A stretch of 58,415 nt of DNA from Seison nebaliae (Eukaryota). The notes below the pieces were generated by a model that was not told the DNA's origin, did not search any database, and was given only the letters and a program-made list of their open reading frames with translations. Below, piece by piece: positions 52,087 to 58,415 of this stretch (the first letter of the stretch is position 1; every line of letters begins with the position of its first letter). A program made the position numbers and the translations under genes. The stretch lies in NCBI GenBank assembly GCA_023231475.1, contig JALJEE010001240.1:1-58415 (forward strand). The letters run 5' to 3'.

Positions 52087-52436
52087 ATTTGTACAATTTT
52101 AGCATGGTAATAAATCCATAATATGATACATGTAATATAATATAATAATAATACTATTATTTATGTCTCATATTCTTCAAATGATTTTACTAAACTTATT
52201 TTTAGTTCTGCTCTTCATTTTTTCCAAAGTATATTCATTTTGTTTCGAAATATTCGATTTTTATTTATTATAATGAAAAAAATGAATAATAAAATTTTCG
52301 ATAAACCATATTTCTTAGTATTGTTCTCAGCAGTAACTATTATGTGACAATAAAAACAACTAGGCAATTTGTCCTTTTTGATTTTACTTTTCTTTTTGTT
52401 TACTTTTTAAACTTCAGACAGCAATTGCATTAGCGA

Positions 52437-53825
52437 ATGGATTTGATGAACAATTATTCGTCTTCTTTAATGCCTAACCGATGGAAGGAGCTTAACATTA
52501 TCGCAAAAAATAGCCAAACTAAAGTTGTGGGATTTGACAATTCTCAAAAACTAGGTTTATGTTTGACGAACGTTATATTAGCAATGATAACTTCGAGTGT
52601 TAATTTAATGAACGCGATAAAATGTAAGGAAGCAAACTGTCCAACAAATTTAAAATATCAAATAGAACAAATTCAACTATTTTTATGCAACACGAAACAT
52701 TCAATTTCGATAACGGCCACTCCTTCTGATATTTTGATTAAAGGAATATGTGAGACTTCCTAGAAAAAGGTTGATAATTCTATATTTGGAGTTACTGGCG
52801 ATTACTATCTATTGAAATCGTTTATACTTCGAAAAGTTATACCTAATTTATACCATTCAACGGAAGTCATTTGTAGTGAAATAATTCGTCGAACAAAACT
52901 TTCCGATTCACTCGATCACTTAAGATGGAAAGATCTTATTAAAGATCTCTTCAATGATCCACATATTGTTCACAGGACCAGTTTCCCTTTTTCTTTCGAT
53001 TGGTATCCACAACTACAAATGTTAAATGTTCATACTACCCCGACTAGACTATCGTTGAATCCAACTGAACTCAGACCTTTCCTACCTAACTATCAAGACA
53101 ATTTCCAATTGTATGAAATTAAAAAACTGGATAATATTTTAACCACTTTGAAAGCAAATCCAAAACTGATATCGATCAATTTTGAAACATCAGATATGGT
53201 TCGATTGCATAATAAATTTTACGTTGATTTTGTTAAATTTTTGAATCGCACTTTTCATAGCAATGAACCTTTCGATTTAAGTGATATTCCAATTTATTAT
53301 TACCCCCAATGTATGTCATTCCCCAACCTCAATGCCAATGTGAATAAATATCCTTTTCAGATAAACGGAATAAATAAATTATATGATCTCAAAGCTGTAG
53401 CAGTTTTACTTACTCTTGAAAGGAATATCAGATTAGGAAATATTTCGAAAATGGGCAAGCTTTTTCCAAACAAATCATATAAGTCTTGTCTAAATAATAT
53501 GTTGATTCAATCAAGAATTTTATTACAAGAAAGATATCCTTACGTTTTAATGAGTTGGTACAGACGACATTTATCAGTAATCAGATCTGAATTTGGTAAA
53601 ATTTGTGAATATTTAATTATCGAGGGAAAAGATCAATTTATCAACGGTGACTCTGATCCAATACACGCATTTGCTTTGATTTTCAGAGATAACAAATGGA
53701 TAATGATGAATGATCATTTCTCGGCTGCTATTGCTGATATTAATAAGTTCAATTTAATTCTTAAAGAAGAAACTATTAGCGGTATATTATTGGAAGAGAG
53801 GACTACTACAGAAACTCGCTATTAG
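52437..53825 (+). pseudogene. Intronless divergent USP (peptidase C19)-like gene interrupted by one in-frame TAG (52761-52763)
   Basis: The two listed ORFs are one frame. Cys-box-like GFDNSQKLGLCLTNVIL, YPFQI..LYDLKAVAV and His-box-like IHAFALIFRDNKWIMMND. Confidence 0.55.
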
Positions 53826-54015
53826 AAAGGAGCAATTATAGAAAATGTATCAACGAAATGAGAACTTAATCTTTAAGAATTTAAGAAAAGTAACCTAAAG
53901 GTTTCAAATAGAAAAATTAAGAGCCGTAGCGATCATGAGACTATTCTAATCTAAAAATGCATGGATTCTTGAAAATAACATCAACAGCATGAGCTAATTA
54001 ATTCTTAATTCATAT

Positions 54016-54414
54016 TTAAAATTTAAAAAAAATTTCGTTGGCGATTAATAACCTAAAAGATCTTAAAGAATATGAATAGGACTATTTTTTATATTTTTAT
54101 ATTTATAGACCTATGCTATAAATTTTTAAGAAAAATATTTAACATTAGTGTCGAGGAGGCCGCGGGACTTCATTGCCAGTTGACTGATGGCCTGGTTCTT
54201 GAGGCTCGTTGTCGTCAATGTTATGCATACTGGAAGAGAACGCAGACAGAAGAAGTATTCGGAAATGAGAAGATGTTTTATTATATTGGAAAACATGAGA
54301 TTATATAGATGTTAATGTTGTTGTTTTTCATTAAGGTTTTCTTTTTTATATTATCCTCGGACGCCTCCACGACATTAGGTTATTAATCGCCAACGAAATT
54401 TTTATTTAATTTAA
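54016..54414. mobile_element. Small inverted-repeat-bounded (MITE-like) element
   Basis: Exact 29-bp inverted repeat AAAAATTTCGTTGGCGATTAATAACCTAA at 54028-54056 and 54375-54403, plus a degenerate inner IR pair (~54145-54167 and ~54354-54376). Confidence 0.65.
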
Positions 54415-54779
54415 GGAGTCAATAAGGAATAAACCGAAGAAATCCAGAATTTATCGATGGATTCTTCAAATATTATCATTCATAGACAACGATAAAGGAA
54501 AAATTAATTTTAAAAATTTATTTACTAAAAATTAAGTTTTTAAAAAACTAATTTATTCGTTTAAGAGTTGAATCATCTGTTGTCAGGTAATTTAGGATTC
54601 TTTATCCATCCAGTAGTTCTTTAACAGTTCTAATATTTAAAATAACGTCGTTAAGATTTTCATAGATTTGAACAAGTAGCAATATTTGACAGAGAAAATG
54701 CTAGAAGAAGTAAGTGACGGTAAACTAACAATGTAGTGTAACAATAACTTGTAAATTATTACGTGACGAAGAATAGAAA

Positions 54780-55052
54780 AGTACTGACAAAGTACTTCTG
54801 AGAGTTAAAGGAAGAAATAAGAACGGAAAGATAATATTGAATTGTCGAAATTTGAAGGATAAGTGTATGGGATCCAATGCAACGGATGAACATTATAATA
54901 TTGTAGAAGAACGAAAACCTCATACTTGCACATCTAATGAAGATTTCTTGGTAGAGGTTAATCGGAATCGAAAAATGACGGAATTGTCAAAGAATATCGA
55001 TTTGAGTGGGTTTGATCGATATTCGGTTTCTTCAGAATTGAAATATTTTTGA
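54780..55052 (+). mobile_element. Decayed MULE-type transposase fragment (FLYWCH/WRKY-like zinc finger)
   Basis: YLNCRNLKDKCMGS..T..VEERKPHTC has the C-x5-6-C...H-x-C/H pattern. Stops lie upstream, and the fragment is cut off where the LINE begins. Confidence 0.5.
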
Positions 55053-55074
55053 AGAGGAGCGAGATAGAAGAGAA

Positions 55075-55960
55075 CTAATGATGACAAAGAATTAAATTTA
55101 CGGAATCAGTAAGGCCGGTAAAGAGAGATGGAAGTAAGTGTTGCACCAATTTAATGCAAACGTTATCGAAACCGTGAGGATTAGTACCATCGAGAGCCTG
55201 GATAGATTCGAAAATTTCTTGAGGAGTGAAAAAATCGAAATGGACATTGACGATAGGGCAGACGTAGGGTATAATGGAGGTACGGTACATATAAGAGCCG
55301 AAGTATTCCGCGAAGGAGTCGGCAGAAATAGACGATGTCGATGAGATGGAGAAACGATTAGTTATTATTTTCCTAATATTCGAAGGATGAGAAGAAAGAC
55401 AAGCGTTATGGAGTCTTCCGTGAAAATGATCCCTAACGGATGTTAGGTTCGAGGAAATGTTTCCATTTATCCGCGGAGCAGCGGATGATAAAGGAGTGAC
55501 GAGTCGTGGGAATATCATTGTTTCTCGATTTGAGTGCATCGCAATAAGAAGCAATCTTATGATCACGGATGTTCGTATGCTTATCGCTGATGAGTGCGTT
55601 ATGAGAGTTACGACAGTTCTCGATGATTATCTGTTGACTCGCTATAATAGTCTTTAAAGACATAGCGATTTCTTCGAGAAAAGCGTGAGACTTGTTGGGT
55701 ATCACGAGAGAGTTGGTGAACGATGTTACTGTCTCCTTCAGTTGAGATATGATCTGTAGGTAGGAAACTCTCTTAGGAGCGGATGTCTTGCTCGATTTCT
55801 TCGTTTTCTTAATGGACGGATTGGTGGATTTTTGAAGGATTATTGGGAGGATGCAGGTCTTTCCCGTTTGGAGCGAATGGATTGGTTATTGCTAGGTGGC
55901 GAAGAGTGGTGGATTCTTCCTTGATTGGAAGGATCATTGAGAGGGTTTGAGTGAGTGTTG
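55075..55960 (-). mobile_element. LINE fragment: ORF1-like region joined to the pre-RT linker of ORF2
   Basis: ADSFAEYF..FTPQEIFESIQAL..PHGFDNV..LVQHL is the segment that normally precedes a LINE RT. A basic/coiled-coil ORF ending RHSFII..LEPNIR* lies upstream. Confidence 0.7.
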
Positions 55961-55989
55961 GTGAGACGTAAATGTAAAATAAATGTTGT

Positions 55990-57360
55990 TATTAATATTA
56001 TTTATTAATCAAATTCCCGACGGGATAATAAAGAAAATTTCGATCTTCGCCACTATTGATCAATCGGTGTAATTCCGCGAGAGATTCCAGATCGATTGGC
56101 ATAGATTCTGAGGGGTCGTAGGAGAAAATGAAGTCTCTGAAATTTTGTAGATTCATACTATGAGACAAACCGTAATACCGGAGGGTATATGAAAAGATTG
56201 ATCGATTCTGAAAAAGATTAGCGTTTGTGAGATGAGAAATGTGGAAATTAGATTCGGCGATTTTGTCGATAATAGTAAAAATTCGACAAGAGAAGAGAAT
56301 GGGTAGGGGAAGAAGACCGACTGTTGCGAAAAGCAGAGAACGGTGACATCTGTGAAAACAACAAACTAATCTCCTAATAAGCCGATTGTAAGCGCGGTCA
56401 ATAGACAAGAACGAGCGTTGACTGCATACGAAAATCGTTTCCAGAGAATATAAGGGAAGAACTAAACTCTTAGAAAGCTGTAAACGTGATTTTAAAGGAA
56501 TGAATTTCCTTTTGGGAGAGAAAGAGAAGAAGGCTATGCATAATTTGTTGCAAATATGATCTAACGCAACGGAGGATAGGCTGTAGAAATCAATAGTTGA
56601 ACCGAGAAACATAATGGAGGATTTAAGAGGAATAGTCGAGAAAGAACGTAGATCGGTTGATAATAAACAGCATTTTGACGGATTAATGGATACACCTCTT
56701 TGTGTGTGTAGTAGAGATAAACGTTGATAAGATTGTTTTAGATGACGCAAAGAACGATCTAAAATTACGATGTCGGCTACGTAGGCCATGACATGTGGAA
56801 ACGAATTGTTTCCTATGTGGATGTCACGTGAGTCATTCAGATCACGAAGAACTTCGTCAATGACTAGCCCAAAAATCCAAGGGCCAACAATAGTACCTTG
56901 ACGAATACCGGAATTGATGTGAAATATTTCGCTGAGTCGATCGTCGATGAAGACACGCCCCGTAGATTGGTAGAAAAGATGATATAGAAATCTGAGGAGA
57001 GGAATCTCGACGTTATGACGACACAGATAATTAAGAGCGAATGATACGTCGACAGAGTCGAAGGCTTTAGAAGCATCGAGAAAGAGAATGTGTAGAGAAA
57101 CTTTCTTTTCTTTTGCATCAGATATAGATATCTTAGCGAAGAGTTCCTGATGTCGCAGTTGAAATCGCCACCAATAATGAAGCCGATGTGTCCAGAAGAA
57201 GCGATAATTGATTAGATAGCAGTTAAAGTAGATTGGAAAAAAGTCAGGTCGCTCGGACGAAGATATTGATTGATTGAACATTGAAACATGGTGAAATTCC
57301 GTATCGTGAAATAGAAAACATCAGTGGATAATTGAGTGAAAGAACGAGGAAGGAGATCTT
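55990..57360 (-). mobile_element. Decayed LINE (APE endonuclease fragment + RT + C-terminus)
   Basis: RT motifs FLDASKAFDSV, GIRQGTIVGP, AYVADIV (degenerate YADD), INPSKC and MFLG. The APE motifs NQYLRP and FIIGGDFN (GGDFN at 57158-57172) lie in another frame just upstream. Confidence 0.9.
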
Positions 57361-57896
57361 TTGAAACCAATGTACATCGATTTTCATTGAAAACAATTAG
57401 TTTTTTTATTCCATCTCTTTGATTATATTCTTTACTAAATATTTAGTTATCTTACAAGAGAACTATTTAAATTTAAAGTTTATTTTATACTAAAAAAGTT
57501 AGAGTAAAATACCTAATACCTAATACTAACAAATCATTTGTTAGTATTACTCTTGACAATCTACCGATCTTGACAAACATCGATTATCATTATCAGTAGC
57601 CAGTCTAACAAGGGACTATAAGTACGCGTTCGCATCAGACCTTTGACTACAAAAAATCATGCAGATAAGAAAATTAAAGTTAAAGAAATGTGTAAATTTT
57701 TTTATCCTTAGTCGAAGTATTACACCAGATTTTTGGCCTTTTTCTATGCTGTAGATATAGGTATGTATGATTTTATCAACGAAAATGTAACGAGCATTTT
57801 TAGTTTTTTCTCGATTTTTGTTGAAATATGACGCCATTTTGTGAAAATAGTCATACCTACTGAATATTTTCATTGATAGAATATTTTCAACGAAGC

Positions 57897-57918
57897 TGTT
57901 CGCCTCGCGAGGCGAACA
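57897..57918. repeat. Perfect 22-bp GC-rich palindrome
   Basis: TGTTCGCCTCGCGAGGCGAACA equals its own reverse complement. Confidence 0.9.
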
Positions 57919-58415
57919 AATGTAGATAGAATGTACGTACAAATTCAGACTACCAATGTATAGGAATTTCGCGAAACACTTGTTTTTCAAATTCCAGACT
58001 TCAAAATTTTTGTACGTAAAAAATACATTTTGTTCGTGTTCGTTTCCCCAGCACTAGGACTATCCTTTAAATCAAAAAATTTTTGTATGAGAAATAGTTC
58101 TAATGGACAGTCCATAACAAAAAAAATTGTCATTCGGTCTATTCCTTAATAAAAAATAGTCCGAATAAATCAACGGTCACTCGTTTCTAATCTTCAAGTA
58201 TTATCATTCATAGGTCGAAAAAAGCATAATAATGGGATGAAATTTATTTCCTTGAAAATAGGAAATAAATTGGGACTGTTTAGTTTATTTTATATGCATA
58301 TTATCTGATATTTGCAATGGTGATTGTATTTGTAACGATTGTTTGAATTTTTCATCGTAGAAGCCTTTCATCATCCTTATAAGTTAGTTGAATACGATTG
58401 ATAGTGGTTAATCAG

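Noticed and set aside
28484..52763. Stop-codon reassignment suggested by the in-frame TAA (rhodanese) and TAG (USP-like)
   Set aside because: Intact genes end normally with TAA (SPFH, CBM14), TAG (ACP6, RBR) and TGA (PGM3, LBR, phnW) and have no internal stops. The rhodanese copy has other lesions.
55075..57360. Endonuclease-free or Penelope-like retroelement, or domesticated RT
   Set aside because: An APE GGDFN motif is present in an alternate frame, the RT motifs are LINE-type, YADD is degenerate, and no convincing hammerhead (CTGATGA-stem-GAAA) was found.
1..58415. tRNA, rRNA, snRNA or spliced-leader genes, and most short ORFs in the supplied track
   Set aside because: No recognisable RNA-gene motifs by eye (an Infernal/tRNAscan run is needed to exclude them). 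The short ORFs are mostly antisense shadows or intron read-through.

Overview
This is AT-rich, gene-dense nuclear DNA from an invertebrate animal; I could not identify the species from sequence alone. Genes have very short introns (mostly ~40-65 nt) and some microexons. The core (5-51 kb) holds, in order: two CSPP1/CCDC66-like coiled-coil genes, each behind an RFX X-box; a 977-aa divergent Mab-21/cGLR-like protein; a ~7 kb gene-poor stretch; a 3xCBM14 chitin-binding protein; an SPFH/band-7 protein; two decayed rhodanese (TST/MPST) copies; ACP6; PGM3; a trypsin-like protease with large loop insertions; Tudor-containing LBR; a Ser/Lys-rich protein; a HOIL-1/RBCK1-like RBR ligase; an intron-containing phnW-type aminoethylphosphonate transaminase; and a divergent homeobox gene. 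Both ends of the window and 30.7-31.8 kb are rich in mobile DNA: a Mutator-like non-autonomous element with a 10-bp TSD, a MULE zinc-finger remnant and three internally deleted copies of one LINE family. An intronless USP-like gene broken by a single in-frame TAG also lies near the right end. The most striking signal is the splicing code: 28 of 31 introns I could fix by reading frame begin GTT rather than the usual GTR(AG). All family assignments come from motif recognition by eye, not database searches.
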